64,000 bases of DNA from Trypanosoma brucei (Eukaryota): contig CH464491.1 in NCBI GenBank assembly GCA_000002445.1, positions 4,256,001 through 4,320,000 of the forward strand, read 5' to 3'. Shown here piece after piece: positions 50,132 to 62,082 of this stretch. The translations under genes were made by a program, and so were the position numbers. Within the stretch, counting starts at the first letter, position 1. Each line of letters begins with the position of its first letter. The notes beneath the pieces were generated by a model. The model saw only the letters and a list, made by a program, of their open reading frames with translations, did no database searches and was not told the DNA's origin.

Positions 50132-52483
50132 TCAAGCCAATTCACGTTTGTGACCACAGAAAGCACAAAATTTCACTTTATCATCAAGGTGACGTTTACC
50201 ACATTCCGTACAGAATGGCACTAACTGTTTCGTTGGTTGCTGTTGAGCGGGTGCCACACATCGTACCGTGTTGAGTGTAGTTGCCTGAGGGCGATCTGTC
50301 GCTAATGGACGCATTGACTCGCGTTCCGTCGACGCTGTGGGCGATAACGATGTGAAACTTTTCCGACGAATCTTAAGATTCCCAACTGTGGAACGCTGTC
50401 GAACGGTGGTCACAGCCACAACGGCGGCATTAGCAGTCGCAGTAACCACAGGGGCGTTGGAAGCAGTAGCAGTAGTAGTAGTAGTATTAGTAACCGTAGT
50501 TTGTCCGAGTTTGTAATGTGAATTCTTCACGCGGCGACCGTCCTTGTCGTAGATTGGGTAAGGCGATTCACCGTGGGACAGAGGGCTTGTTTGATTATGG
50601 CTACTTCCAAAATTAATAATGGTTCGTTGCTGAGTGAGTGGTTCAACTCCCGTCCGCGGAAAAGATGACCTGTGCACAACCCCATTGCGACGCTCCGTTC
50701 TCGCTGTTCCAGCAGTCGGTTGTATCTGCGTTCTCAATGGTTTAACCTTGCCATCCCCCGCAGAGCCTCCAGGAGATTTCAACGATGCGTTTGTAACTTT
50801 CCCGGAACGCTGCTTAGCCGGTTGTTGAGTGCGCGTGGCTACTCCGGCTTGTGAAACCTTCTTTTTCTTTTCTGCTTGTGGACTCGTAGCTGTAGTCGTT
50901 GCTGACTGATTTTTCGTCAGGGGTTGTTGTGTGGTCTGCAAGTGGAGCTGCACGCTTCCGCTTTTGCGATTCACTTCGTCTCGCGTTAAAAATCCATCGG
51001 CATGACTCGCTGGCGTGAGTGCAATGGTACTTACTGGGGAAGTTCGCGTCTCGCTGGTCTGCCGATTTCTCCGCACCTCTGGTGGAGTGACTTTCCCTCT
51101 GCTCTCACTTTCTCTCTCTGCTATGACGGTTGAAGGCATAGGTGCAAACGGCTCTGTAGCTTTTGACGCATGCGGCGCAGCTCGCTTTACAGTCGTGTTA
51201 GACAGTACGGAAGTGTCCATACTGTGCCTCAGGTGAGAATGGGATTCATATCCCTCTAAAGGTTTGGCGCTGAGCAAACGCCGCGCATCCTCCTCCCCCA
51301 TATGTCGACGGGCGTCAACAGTTAAAATAATAATAGGTGGTGAGGAAGAGCGACCACTCGGGCGACCAGAAGACGGCCTGCCGCCACCAACTGTCCTCTT
51401 TCCTTGATTTCCTGCTCTCTTAACACTCTTAACGTCACCAGCGGAGGAAAGAAGTTGATCCTGTGGATCGTCCTTGCTTGATGCAGGGCTAACACTGGAA
51501 TTCATGCCACGGTTATTTCCATTATTAGCACGGCCACCACCATTTGCCACCGTGGCCTTCCCGTTGCCATAATGCTGCTCCGCGGTCAACTCCTTTGACG
51601 TAGTCAACACTTGTGTCGCCGCTGGCGGGTTTTTACCGGCATTCACGTCTTTCTTGACTGATAAGCTTTCTGCAGACGCGCATGTTGCTAAACTATTCGG
51701 CGCCAGACACTGAGACTGCCGAGCTGGAGACTCCCCATTCTTTTTGTTCGATGAAGCCATCCAAAGGCCGTTCCGCTTTGTCTTGGGCGATGTAAGTTTG
51801 TTAGCAGATCCCTTGCACCGTTGACGTCGCGAGGAGTTAATTGCTTCCATGAGGGGATCCGGTACCGTTAATGATGTTGCCGCACGCTCGAACATCTGAA
51901 GCCTCAGAACCTCGCGAGTGAGATGCACGCCTACGGATTGTGTGCGAAGGTACTGCTCCGGGCCCTGATCGTCGTATGACGCTCTTCTACCAGTGGTGTG
52001 TGCCGAATGCGTACTAGCCATCGTGGAGCCAATTCTCATCATCCGCTCCTTGTTTTCCCGCTGCATCTCCTCTAGGTTTTTGAGAGCCTTCTCCAACTCC
52101 TGACGTTGTCGTTCCTCCTCGGCCGCGTCCACCGGACCACAAAAGTCGCGCCGGCGCCTTCGTCTCGAGTAAGACAGTCTGCTAACAAGGCTGATGGAAT
52201 CATCATTCGCATCAGCGTCTATTGTGCTATCAATTGTTGTGTCCATCCTATGGAGAGTGCTGGGTGTGGGACGAAAGGGGCTAACCTTTCGGCTCTCCAT
52301 GTCGTACGGACTATGCCTGCTTGGTGGTTGCTCCAAATGAATAATGGGATTCGTTACCGAGTCGTTAAAGTCTCCCTGTGGGATCAACACCGAGCAGCTA
52401 CCTTCATCGTACTGACGAACGGACGTAGCCATTCGGCTCAAAGGCACTGCCTCAGTCTTAAGCCCCCCATCAGTTTCGGTCAT
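50132..52483 (-). CDS. Ser/Thr/Asn-rich low-complexity protein with C-terminal double zinc ribbon
   Basis: 783 aa that looks largely disordered (T/S/N/A runs, TTTTTATASNAPVVTATANAAVVAVTTV). The last 30 aa are CTECGKRHLDDKVKFCAFCGHKRE, two CxxC pairs. ATG start verified. Confidence 0.5.
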   Translation of the reverse strand: MTETDGGLKTEAVPLSRMATSVRQYDEGSCSVLIPQGDFNDSVTNPIIHLEQPPSRHSPYDMESRKVSPFRPTPSTLHRMDTTIDSTIDADANDDSISLVSRLSYSRRRRRRDFCGPVDAAEEERQRQELEKALKNLEEMQRENKERMMRIGSTMASTHSAHTTGRRASYDDQGPEQYLRTQSVGVHLTREVLRLQMFERAATSLTVPDPLMEAINSSRRQRCKGSANKLTSPKTKRNGLWMASSNKKNGESPARQSQCLAPNSLATCASAESLSVKKDVNAGKNPPAATQVLTTSKELTAEQHYGNGKATVANGGGRANNGNNRGMNSSVSPASSKDDPQDQLLSSAGDVKSVKRAGNQGKRTVGGGRPSSGRPSGRSSSPPIIILTVDARRHMGEEDARRLLSAKPLEGYESHSHLRHSMDTSVLSNTTVKRAAPHASKATEPFAPMPSTVIAERESESRGKVTPPEVRRNRQTSETRTSPVSTIALTPASHADGFLTRDEVNRKSGSVQLHLQTTQQPLTKNQSATTTATSPQAEKKKKVSQAGVATRTQQPAKQRSGKVTNASLKSPGGSAGDGKVKPLRTQIQPTAGTARTERRNGVVHRSSFPRTGVEPLTQQRTIINFGSSHNQTSPLSHGESPYPIYDKDGRRVKNSHYKLGQTTVTNTTTTTATASNAPVVTATANAAVVAVTTVRQRSTVGNLKIRRKSFTSLSPTASTERESMRPLATDRPQATTLNTVRCVAPAQQQPTKQLVPFCTECGKRHLDDKVKFCAFCGHKRELA

Positions 52484-54133
52484 TATGACGGGTCCGGCAG
52501 GTATTCAAGGAAGCGGTTTGTTATACTATTTTTTCAAATCTAATGTTTTTAGCCGCGACTAATACTAAACGTAGTCCGGAAACTATAAGGCAACGAGAGC
52601 AAAAGCGAATTGAAAGAAAACGTACAAAAGACAAACAGTTGTGACCAACTACAACCAACCCCCTCGAAAAAAATCTAAAGTATGATCCCTTTCGGCCGAT
52701 GCAACTGAACGGAAGACGGGAGCCCCACATTAACGCTTATCATTACCAAGAAATAAAGCAGTTTAGGCATACACAACTGTCTCAAAGACATTGGGGAACG
52801 TATATCGGTCAACTTGTACATTGGCATTCGACCGAATCTATGGAATCTAGTGCTCGTCCGCGGGAACAAATAGAAACTTCACGACATACAGATGTGCTAA
52901 CTTGCACTGATACGGTGCTCAGTGGTAAGCAGAACCACAGCATACGTGAAAACTAGCACGGCTGCATGACATGTCTTTTCCAAAAGCTCTGAATTCCTCG
53001 ATACGGACATGATAGCTCGACACCCCTAGAGCAAATTAGAGCTTGTGCATGTTACTGACGCACAGTACGAAGAGTTTGCCCAAATTTTGGGGCCTGTCGT
53101 GTTCGTCTGTGAAACTTTGTAACGAATTCATGCCGGTCCCGAAACATCTCCCAGAATCCGTCTTTTCACACAACCTTATCAAAAAAAAAAAATGGTGCAG
53201 GAAGGGGGGGGGGAAGTGCTCCCGAAACCGTTGAGGTGGACTCATATTCAAAATTGGGGCAACCGTTAATAAATGAACGACAGTAAAAGTAGCGATGCTG
53301 TGTTCCTTCACCTTGCAGAGCTTGCAGAACTAAAGAATAACTACAAGTCACTACATACACATGAGCCCCCTCCCCTCGGAGAAACATATCGGGATTCACA
53401 GTGCCACGTGCTTAACGCTCAGCCGCCATTATTCACTGAAGTAGCAACTCAAAGTGGATGCATCTTATTGCCACAAAAGCAATCGATTTTTCCGTATATT
53501 GATGAAAACTCACAGAAAAATAACTTACATCACCTGCCGTTCGTTCGCCCTGAGTTGTCAGCTGGGAGTCAGCAGTGAGGCGCCGATGAGGATCGGGGCT
53601 CTGAAGGGTACCTTCCGCGACAGTTGATTATTGACAGCAAACATTCGGCATTGCTCGACCACATCGGCAGCGCGTAAATATGACCATAAGCAACTAAACA
53701 CGTCGACAATAGCAAAGAAACACAAAAGGTATAAGAGAAAATGAACATAAGCACAAACACAAACGCAAACACACGATTTCGTCGGGTAGAGGCGCACCAC
53801 GTGGAAAACAAAGAGGAAAAGGAATGTTTGAATTAATAAAATAAAACAAGCGGCACTTTGCAGAACCGCTATACCGATAAAGTGAAATAAGGGACAATAT
53901 CTACACTTTAAACCGTAGGGCGTCGCCCCTGATTTGTATTTGCCCTATTTTGTGTTTTTGGTTTCTTTCCGGAAACGCCCACTCCATCCCTAAGACTCAT
54001 TCAAAACCTCGGACCCAGCAATGGTTAAAGTGATAATAGTAATAATGATCGGAAAGAGATGAGTATGAAGGAATAAAAACAGGCAGCTCCCAACATTAGT
54101 GCTCCTAGGAAACAGATGTTTATTACGCCGCCA

Positions 54134-55222
54134 CTAGTACGGCTCTGTGGGATGCCATTTCCGCATATCAGGCCCCAAGGGTTCAAAGAACTTCGCCAAA
54201 TGTTCGGGAGTTACGTCTGACAGCTTTCCAGGATTCCACTTGGGATCCTTTGTTTTGTCAATAAGCAAAGCCCGCACTCCCTCAGGGAAGTCACCACAGG
54301 CATGAGTACGAATGGCACCCACGTAATCGGTGCTGAAAACCTCTGCAGGATCTGTTGCCTTCGCCCCCATCTGCTGCATCTTCAGGGCGAGCTTAAGACT
54401 TGTTGGAGATAATTTTTCCATTGTGGAGATGGCAGTGCGTGCAAACTCACCACCGTCTGCAGCAAGCGACCCCATAACATCCTCCACCGTAGAGGTATCC
54501 TTCAGCGTAAAAACCTTTTCTATAAGAGGGCGGTGTTCCTCCAAAGTGAAAGGTGGCAGATCCTTCACAGCGAATTCGTTCAAACACGCATCGACTTTTG
54601 TGGAGTCTTCGATATGACACAACCGGTCCTCCAGTTGCTCGAAGGAGGCGGCGGGGACATAATGAGTGGCGAGACCGAGATGCACCAAATCCGCTCCCTT
54701 CACACGTCCCCCCGTGAGGCCGAGGTACAGTCCAAAACCAGGCAATTTCAGCCGCGGCAGGAACCAGGAGGCGCCCACATCGGGAAAAAGCCCAATACCA
54801 TTCTCAGGCATGGCAAAAATAGCGCGTTCTGACGCCACACGATACCGACCATGAACTGAGATGCCAACACCTCCGCCCATCACATAGCCGTTCCATAATG
54901 ACACTTGTGGGTTTGGCATAGTGAGGATACGATGGTTTAATTGATACTCCCGGTAAAAGAACTCGTTCACTACGCTGTTGTCTGTAGTAATCATGACGAT
55001 ATCGCCACCCGCACAGAAGCTTTTCTCACCCATGCCCTTCACAACAAACAGAGCGTTGTCCCCCTTCGGGTGGTGTTCGTGGAAATAAGCCAAAGACATT
55101 TCCCTCACCATCTCCAGGTTAAGAGCATTTAGCGCTTTTTCACGATTCAACGTAACCAAACGGGTGTTCGGAAAGTCCCTCCAGAACAACCCCTTTGAGC
55201 ATAGCGGAAGCGTGCAACGCAT
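54134..55222 (-). CDS. HIBCH: 3-hydroxyisobutyryl-CoA hydrolase (crotonase/enoyl-CoA hydratase superfamily)
   Basis: Crotonase-fold motifs FCAGGDI, VMGGGVGISVHG and IFAMPENGIGLFPDVGASWFLPRL are typical of the HIBCH subfamily. 362 aa, ATG start. Confidence 0.75.
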   Translation of the reverse strand: MRCTLPLCSKGLFWRDFPNTRLVTLNREKALNALNLEMVREMSLAYFHEHHPKGDNALFVVKGMGEKSFCAGGDIVMITTDNSVVNEFFYREYQLNHRILTMPNPQVSLWNGYVMGGGVGISVHGRYRVASERAIFAMPENGIGLFPDVGASWFLPRLKLPGFGLYLGLTGGRVKGADLVHLGLATHYVPAASFEQLEDRLCHIEDSTKVDACLNEFAVKDLPPFTLEEHRPLIEKVFTLKDTSTVEDVMGSLAADGGEFARTAISTMEKLSPTSLKLALKMQQMGAKATDPAEVFSTDYVGAIRTHACGDFPEGVRALLIDKTKDPKWNPGKLSDVTPEHLAKFFEPLGPDMRKWHPTEPY

Positions 55223-56202
55223 TGGTTACAAAGAAAGATATTAGGAAAACTTTTCGGATGTTGCTTTTTTTCTACTGCGGCCTCCCCTCTCTTTCACCTT
55301 AGTTGGTTTTTCCAACCCTTCTGATCGCGGTTTGTGCGCGTCCGCGTTTGCGTGTGTTCGTGTTTTCCAACGGGATCGGTCGCAGCTGAAGACGTATTCG
55401 ATGGGAGTCTTGATAATCAAATTGAGACGACAGTAGAAAAAAATAACAAAAAAAGAAGTAACAACACGGTAGCAGCACGCACATAAGCTCTCATGAGAAC
55501 TCGGCAGTTAAGAAACACAAAAGACGTAGGGGAGTCTCACAATAAACCGTTTATCAGTTGTAGATGATGATAGTAATAATCATAACACACTAACAACAAG
55601 CATAATATAGTGAATCTGCACTCGGATCATGTGGCTCCCTTCTCCGAAGCCTGCTTGAGAAAAGAGCTCGTTGACCCGTTGCACTTTTACGAATCACGAG
55701 AAAACAGCAAGTCGGAAATGCGCTGTACTCACAAAACATTCCCTCACATTACGCCACTGTTTCCTCCCCTCCCCACCCCCTTCCATCCTTGCCATCGGTA
55801 ACAGTGCTATTTTTTTTTTTTTTTGAGTTCATACGGCAAAGCCCTCATCCATCCGACGGACCATACTTGTCTCATGCAGATCAGTTTACCTTTACCCATG
55901 TGAAACCAGGCCCGGCAAACTTCCAGCGACGGCAATCTGGCATCCAACCAATCACGTACGGAGCTAACGTTCGTCAGGCAAACAACGTTATCACGCAAAA
56001 ATATTGGCCCCAACACATGCTAACATGCTGAGCCCCTTCCCGTTTCTCTAAACCCGAGACTACCCGCGGTTAAAAGCGATGTAACCATCAGCGGTGCCCA
56101 CTTTTAACACAAGCAACAAATAAGTGAGGAGGCCAACGGAACGGCACAGTTGGCGCAACCGCATCATATATCCAAACAAATAAGTGTTCTTTAAAAATTA
56201 TT

Positions 56203-57432
56203 TCAGACATTGAAAATAGCAGCACCAAGGGTGGAGGTGGAAACACCAGCTCCTTCATCCCCACTATCATTCTCAGTATCCAAATCACCTTTACGTAACT
56301 GTGACCGACTCCTCTTCAAACCGTAACCATTTATGTGCGACGGCGATGCGGCATTTTCCTCGTATCTATCCCTCACGATATAGCGGGCCTCACCAACCGT
56401 AACTGCCACCGTCGGGCTTTCATGGCTCAGAACTGTCAACCCAGCCGTTGGACCTAATTGTGATTGAACCCCCCGCGGTTTCCCATTCGTACATGCATCA
56501 AACACCAAAACGCCTCCGCTATGCGTTGCCGAAACTAAATCAACACGCTGAGACCCCCCGTCCTTACGGCGCACGAAGCCAAACATGGCAGGCTGCTGCG
56601 TGCGCACGGTTCGCTCAAACGTTAACAACATGTCGTTGCTCTTGCGAATATCCCAGCAGACGATACGATTTTCCCCCAATCGGCCCGCGGCGTAGACGAG
56701 ATGACCAACTGTTGGATGGGGAAGTATCTGCACTACACCCGACCTTAGACCGCGAAGTACGGCTGCAGCTCCGCAGTGGCGGGTGTCGATAATATCGACG
56801 TTTCCGTTACGAATAAACCCGGCCAGAATCAAACTTTCGGAGTAGGGAGTGGGGCCATCAGCAAGTGCAGAGACAATGCCCTTCGAACAGGGTGATCGGT
56901 AACTAGACTCCACACAGTTGCCCTCACGAAGCACATCATAAAGTCTGATGTGTACATCATCATGAGGTTCACCATAACCAGCCGCTATCAGTTCCCGGTG
57001 AGTGGACCATAGGATAGAATGCGGATGTACCGGCATTCCCATGGTGTTTGAACAACAATACGACGCACGGAGCGCACCGTCCTCGACGTCCCACAGTTGC
57101 AGCGGTAAACTGTTTGTGGCAGTGAGAAATGACGCAGACTCATCGCCCTCCTTAAAAGGGCACCACGCGATATCAATAGCGGGGTAGGGGAGTTTCACCC
57201 ATGCAGCAGGTGTATTATATTCCAAGCGAGGGAGACTATTTTCGTTAACGTTGCGCGCTGCAATAACAGGAACAGACTGCAAACTCCAAGTCGCGAGGAT
57301 CTCCCCACCGCCACTCCCTAGCGAGTAATCTGGAGCGGCAACTAAGCGGCGAAAAATTGCACTCTCAAACCCGTCAGTCTCTAATATGCTTACCGGAGGC
57401 GTTGCAATCTTGCCTTTGCGTTTTGCTGGCAT
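56203..57432 (-). CDS. WD40-repeat protein (hypothetical)
   Basis: Repeated blade-like segments (IRLYDV, IVCWDIRKSN, GVLVFDA). Track ORF starts on TTG at 57501. The ATG for MPAKRKGKIATPP is at 57430-57432, directly downstream of a polypyrimidine tract and an AG. Acidic/Ser-rich C-terminus. Confidence 0.5.
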   Translation of the reverse strand: MPAKRKGKIATPPVSILETDGFESAIFRRLVAAPDYSLGSGGGEILATWSLQSVPVIAARNVNENSLPRLEYNTPAAWVKLPYPAIDIAWCPFKEGDESASFLTATNSLPLQLWDVEDGALRASYCCSNTMGMPVHPHSILWSTHRELIAAGYGEPHDDVHIRLYDVLREGNCVESSYRSPCSKGIVSALADGPTPYSESLILAGFIRNGNVDIIDTRHCGAAAVLRGLRSGVVQILPHPTVGHLVYAAGRLGENRIVCWDIRKSNDMLLTFERTVRTQQPAMFGFVRRKDGGSQRVDLVSATHSGGVLVFDACTNGKPRGVQSQLGPTAGLTVLSHESPTVAVTVGEARYIVRDRYEENAASPSHINGYGLKRSRSQLRKGDLDTENDSGDEGAGVSTSTLGAAIFNV

Positions 57433-57716
57433 GCCCTCTGATTCCTGATGTTTAGTAAAGAAATGGAGTGGGAGGGGTATTAAAACATATTCACGGAACA
57501 AACTGGGGTAAAAGAGAATAACGGTAGGGTTGTGAAGCGCACCTTACTTGCTGGAATAATGGCGATCACCCACAGGAATCTAACCGAAAACTCAAACAAC
57601 CGACACCACCTCACCTGGAAGAGCAGGTGACCACAAGACAAAAAAAAACAAACTGAAGACATCCCTCTCCCTTGAACCAAAGGGACTTACTTAGATTCAT
57701 CTATCTTTCGCTATCG

Positions 57717-58937
57717 TTAGGGGTTTACGGTACCTTCCAGAGCCCGCTGAAGCATTGCCATGAAATGTAATTCCTCAGCATGATACGGCGCGCGGGGCCC
57801 CTCCCGTTGAAGGCGTTCCTCCGCCTTCTGAACGAGAGCCATTATACCCTTAAGTGTCCTACGCATAGCTTCAACCTCTATCATAAGCGTACAGTGCGCA
57901 ATCTGAATCGTTTCCTCTTCGTGTCTTTCGACCTGAAAGAGTTTCTCCGCCACAGTTACGCGAGTCTTCAAGTGTTGCAAGAATGCCACTGTCTCTGTTT
58001 CCTCCGGTGGAACAGACGAGAGAGCGCTCTCCAGTTTGGTGTGGAGTGACGCTGCCTTTGACTCCATCAGTGTGCTAAATTCTCTCTCTCTTCTATCGAG
58101 TTCATCCTCTTCAACAGGAAGTGTTGTGCGTATTTGCTCGAGAAGATGAGACAACACAGGATGTGGCTTGTATATCCGCTCCGATTCGCTAATGCATTCT
58201 TCGTCATTACCTGTACCTGAAGACCTCTCTACATCTTTCAAGTTCTCAACCCCCATTTCACTCTTGCGATCGTTACGTATGTCGCTGCCAACATCCTGAG
58301 TTGTATCTGGACTTAAATAACAAGCAACTGTATATTCTTCTGTTTCAACACCCACCGGTTCGTATGGAGTCCTGAAGCGCGCTGCGGACATAGACACAGT
58401 CTCCCTCACCACCTCCACATGAGAAGAATCGATTTGGGACTCCGCATGTTCGTGTCGGCTGTGACCACGACTCCCCTCAAATCTGATGGAAGGCGTGTGA
58501 GACCTCTCCGCTTGAATCTGCGTATTGTCTCCTCCAGTTGACAAGATATTGCTGGAACCAGTTCCTAAACCTTCAGCTTCGGTCTCCGCCACCTGACCGT
58601 GGGCCCCTGCGTTTCTTCGTTTTCCCCTTAGAAATGTCCGCCACACCTGTGAACTGCGCGCGACGCTCGGCACTACTTTCGGTGGGTTACGAAGAACACC
58701 GTCTTGCACGGAAGCGTTTATGAGATTCACAACCCTCGCATTGTTGCATGACAAAACCCCTGAGGACCCTTTCGACCGCACAGCACACTTGAAAACCTCC
58801 ATTGCCGCTTCACACTCAGTGGGTGTTGGAACGGGACGAAGGAATGAGTACAGCGTACAGGAGGCATTGATGGGGTCATCAGCTACCGTAGACGCATTCA
58901 GGTCAACGTTGCGCAAGCGGATGATCGGAAGGCACAT
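57717..58937 (-). CDS. hypothetical protein (406 aa) with C-terminal coiled coil
   Basis: ATG-initiated ORF. C-terminal 120 aa are heptad-like (LESALSSVPPEETETVAFLQHLKTRVTVAEKLFQVERHEEETIQIAHCTLMIEVEAMRRTLKGIMALVQKAEERLQ). No family recognised. Confidence 0.45.
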   Translation of the reverse strand: MCLPIIRLRNVDLNASTVADDPINASCTLYSFLRPVPTPTECEAAMEVFKCAVRSKGSSGVLSCNNARVVNLINASVQDGVLRNPPKVVPSVARSSQVWRTFLRGKRRNAGAHGQVAETEAEGLGTGSSNILSTGGDNTQIQAERSHTPSIRFEGSRGHSRHEHAESQIDSSHVEVVRETVSMSAARFRTPYEPVGVETEEYTVACYLSPDTTQDVGSDIRNDRKSEMGVENLKDVERSSGTGNDEECISESERIYKPHPVLSHLLEQIRTTLPVEEDELDRREREFSTLMESKAASLHTKLESALSSVPPEETETVAFLQHLKTRVTVAEKLFQVERHEEETIQIAHCTLMIEVEAMRRTLKGIMALVQKAEERLQREGPRAPYHAEELHFMAMLQRALEGTVNP

Positions 58938-60102
58938 GGATCCTCCTCAATTTTTTTGGACGCCGTCGCCGTTGCCGTCACTAATTTCCGCACTCCACGA
59001 ATTTATGTATGGATGTATGTATATGTTTACGTATTTTGTATGGATCACTGACCCTGCTCTTGCGCAAGTAGCCCTGACCGTTACTATGAACCGTTTCTTC
59101 GCCCACAGTTCTCCAACAACACCAACACAACACGCCCCTCAGTTGCTGTATTCTTTCAGTGTCTATTGAATTATCGAACAGACGGTGTGAACAAACAAAA
59201 AAACAAAAAAAGGAAAGAAATAACTTATTTTCAACGCAGGAAAAGAAAAAAAATACCAAAAGGGATGCGATATATCACAATAGCCATGTAAATAGCGAAA
59301 TGCACAACGCCACCGCTCTATACTTCTGCTTATAATTCAAAACAACATCATTCTTTGCGCGGTGGTCATCCTCGCGGTCCTAAAAGCTGATGAAACTGTG
59401 TAGCATACAAGCAGCGCTTTTTCACCACGTGAGATTGACAGTGTTGGCAGTCCAGAAAATTAACCACTTCCCAATGAAAAGGGGAGATAATGCCAAATAA
59501 TCCTCCAACTTTTCTCCTCCTGACGGGTTGGAAACGTAACGGCGGCCCGTTCCTCACTTCACCACACGGCGATTCGACTCGCGTCGTTGCAAGCGCATGA
59601 GTTGGTGTGCTAAATAAAAAGAAAGAGGGGAGAAACGTGTACCACTGTTGAAATGACTTTACTGCATATTCCTTTCAAGCTAAACACTTGTTTCAATAAT
59701 AAGGAAGAAAAAAGGAGAAAAATTAACAACACGCGCTCAAAATGATGACAGCACACAAACATGAAACACATACCTCGTTACCATTCCTAAGGTGAACAGG
59801 AAAGTGGTGTCGCGGGACATTAGCTCCCATCTGCCTTTTCTTTAAAATAATTTCTTTTATTTTGGCCTACATCACAAAAATAAGATATCCCTGGCTCCTA
59901 CTCCTACAATCATACTAGAGTAACACGACGGGGAGGGGGGAAATTCAGTTCGGTCTGCCGTCGCGGTAATAAACAATTCAACCCAGAGCTCCACACTGTG
60001 AGCTACATTGGAACATCAAACAATAACAAAACAAATTTAAAGTAAACGGACGGTCGGAATAAGGCAAACCACAACAATCACACTGAGCACATATGCACAT
60101 AC

Positions 60103-60103
<1 letters not shown>

Positions 60104-60146
<43 letters not shown>
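60104..60146. repeat. (TA)21 dinucleotide microsatellite (longest in window)
   Basis: 43 nt of uninterrupted tatata... between the small-protein gene at 60299..60739 and the upstream gene. Confidence 0.9.
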
Positions 60147-60150
<4 letters not shown>

Positions 60151-60298
60151 CTGTACGTTAATAAAACAGTAATGATGATAATAACATTAACAATTCCTGT
60201 TCACTAGTTTGTCCACACGTTATGCAACAAATACGGACCACCGCATACAAAAAAAAACGACCAGCCGCTCCACAGGCATAATCAGCTCGGTATTTTGA

Positions 60299-60739
60299 TT
60301 ACTCCGTGATGAGCTTTTCACTTCCGGGGATTGAAACAGGTCCAGCGTAGTGGTGCTTAGCCATCGCACCAGGTTTATTGCGCGAAAGCAAGACCATTTC
60401 CTCTGCATATTTATCCGAGGCCCAGCGAGGCACCTGCCAGCCAGGGAAATAATAGGCGCATTGCAATGCCTGAAACCAGTCAACATTAGAAATCATGACA
60501 AATGCAGCGAGAGCTGAAGGGATGCTGAGCACAGCGTTGCGCAGCACTATACGTGTGGCGCGATTGTGGAAGTGACCGTATTGAATGAAGGAAGACCACA
60601 TTCGACCACCAAACCCACCGCAGACGGTGATCGGGTAAAAGTTGCTGTACGGCGCCATCCATGTCACCTTGTTCCAGTTGATTCCCAAGAAGTCACCGGC
60701 GATAACACGGGCGGGGAGTGAAGCCTTTGGAGGTGCCAT
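60299..60739 (-). CDS. small conserved-looking protein (~146 aa) with one TM helix; possibly a mitochondrial membrane-complex subunit
   Basis: Track ORF starts on GTG. The ATG (MAPPKASLPARVIAGDF) is at 60737-60739. Composition is Trp/Tyr/Gly-rich and non-repetitive, with hydrophobic helix AVLSIPSALAAFVMISNV. Confidence 0.4.
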   Translation of the reverse strand: MAPPKASLPARVIAGDFLGINWNKVTWMAPYSNFYPITVCGGFGGRMWSSFIQYGHFHNRATRIVLRNAVLSIPSALAAFVMISNVDWFQALQCAYYFPGWQVPRWASDKYAEEMVLLSRNKPGAMAKHHYAGPVSIPGSEKLITE

Positions 60740-61719
60740 GAGGACCACGTGAGATTCTTCCTTTTGCTTTAATTTGTCTTTGTCTACTACACCTATATAA
60801 TGTATACGCAGCTAACTCCTTTCCTACTTTCTTGTACTCCTCCTCCTCCCTTTCCGTCGGTAGTGCTTTGCTCTGTTTAGTGGAGATTCCTGCCGCAAGG
60901 TAAGGCAGAGATTCTTCACAGAAACAGATATATATTTATATATATATTTATATGTGCGTACTTGTGTGTGCTTTCGCTATGGTATCTGCAGTAATCCAAT
61001 GAGTTAGTTCACGACCGGGTGGAAACAGGAAAAACGCAAAGAGCATTAGGAGGAAAAGCAGAGCAATACGATGCGGCTGAAAACACAAAAGAAGGAAAAC
61101 CAACCAATTTCTATTCAAGACGAAGTGGCTCGCCACTAAGGGGCAGGCGGATAAACACGTCCATCCAACGCGATGCAGAAGCCACAGGAAACGGGGGAGA
61201 CGTTTCACCCATGATAACTCCCCTAAAGAGGTATCAACATGGAACACAGCGCAACCGACTTCAAGTCCCCTCACCACAAACACATAAACACCGTTACGTA
61301 CATATATTTGTTTATATTTATTTATATGTCAGCAGTAACGGTGCACGCCAGCGGCGTGAATGCGCATGCGCCTTTCTTCACTTCCCTCAGGTCCCTCAAA
61401 GGTCCCGTGCCTGTTTGGAAGCGTTGATGCCCACCCTGTGCAATAAACAGTAGCGGAAGCAAATTTTCCCCTTCACCTTCCCTGGTGATCATGCCGGCCA
61501 TTTAATAGTAGGTCATTTACACAAGAGAGTGCGATAAATGTGTGGCACACCCAAAGTAACATGGACACACAACGTCGAAAATAGGGAACAAAAAAGTAAA
61601 AAAAAAACAGCACAACATTAATCACCACATCCGATATAAACGGAATTGTAGAGGGAGCAAAAAATGAAATAAACTAAAAATACAAGGGGGAAGGGGATCA
61701 CCCCTTTGCCTATTACCGT

Positions 61720-62082
61720 TTAAGTGCTACTTTCCCCTGTCCAATGGCCGGTGCCGTGCAAGTAGTCATAATCCACAGCGTCATCCTCATAATCCACGCC
61801 TACCCACACCTGTTGTTGCCTTCCGAGCACCCGTCCCATTGGAGTCACGATGCTGTCGACTATTGGCCTCATGAGAGGGAAAGGAAAGAAAAGGGTGCCT
61901 GGGACCTCACCTCCCGTGTGGCCCAATACAGCAAATACAATAAACTGGCAGAGCACAGCAAAGAGTACGAGCAAAAAAAACTCGAAATTATTGAGAAGTG
62001 CATGAAGAACAGGCCCAGGGGCTGGTGAAGATTCGGTCGACCCTAATGAATGCGCGGCAGAGTACCCGGTTGAATAATTCAT
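61720..62082 (-). CDS. small hypothetical membrane protein (120 aa)
   Basis: ATG start verified (MNYSTGYS). One strong TM helix FEFFLLVLFAVLCQFIVFAVLG. Acidic Tyr/Asp-rich C-terminus. Confidence 0.35.
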   Translation of the reverse strand: MNYSTGYSAAHSLGSTESSPAPGPVLHALLNNFEFFLLVLFAVLCQFIVFAVLGHTGGEVPGTLFFPFPLMRPIVDSIVTPMGRVLGRQQQVWVGVDYEDDAVDYDYLHGTGHWTGESST

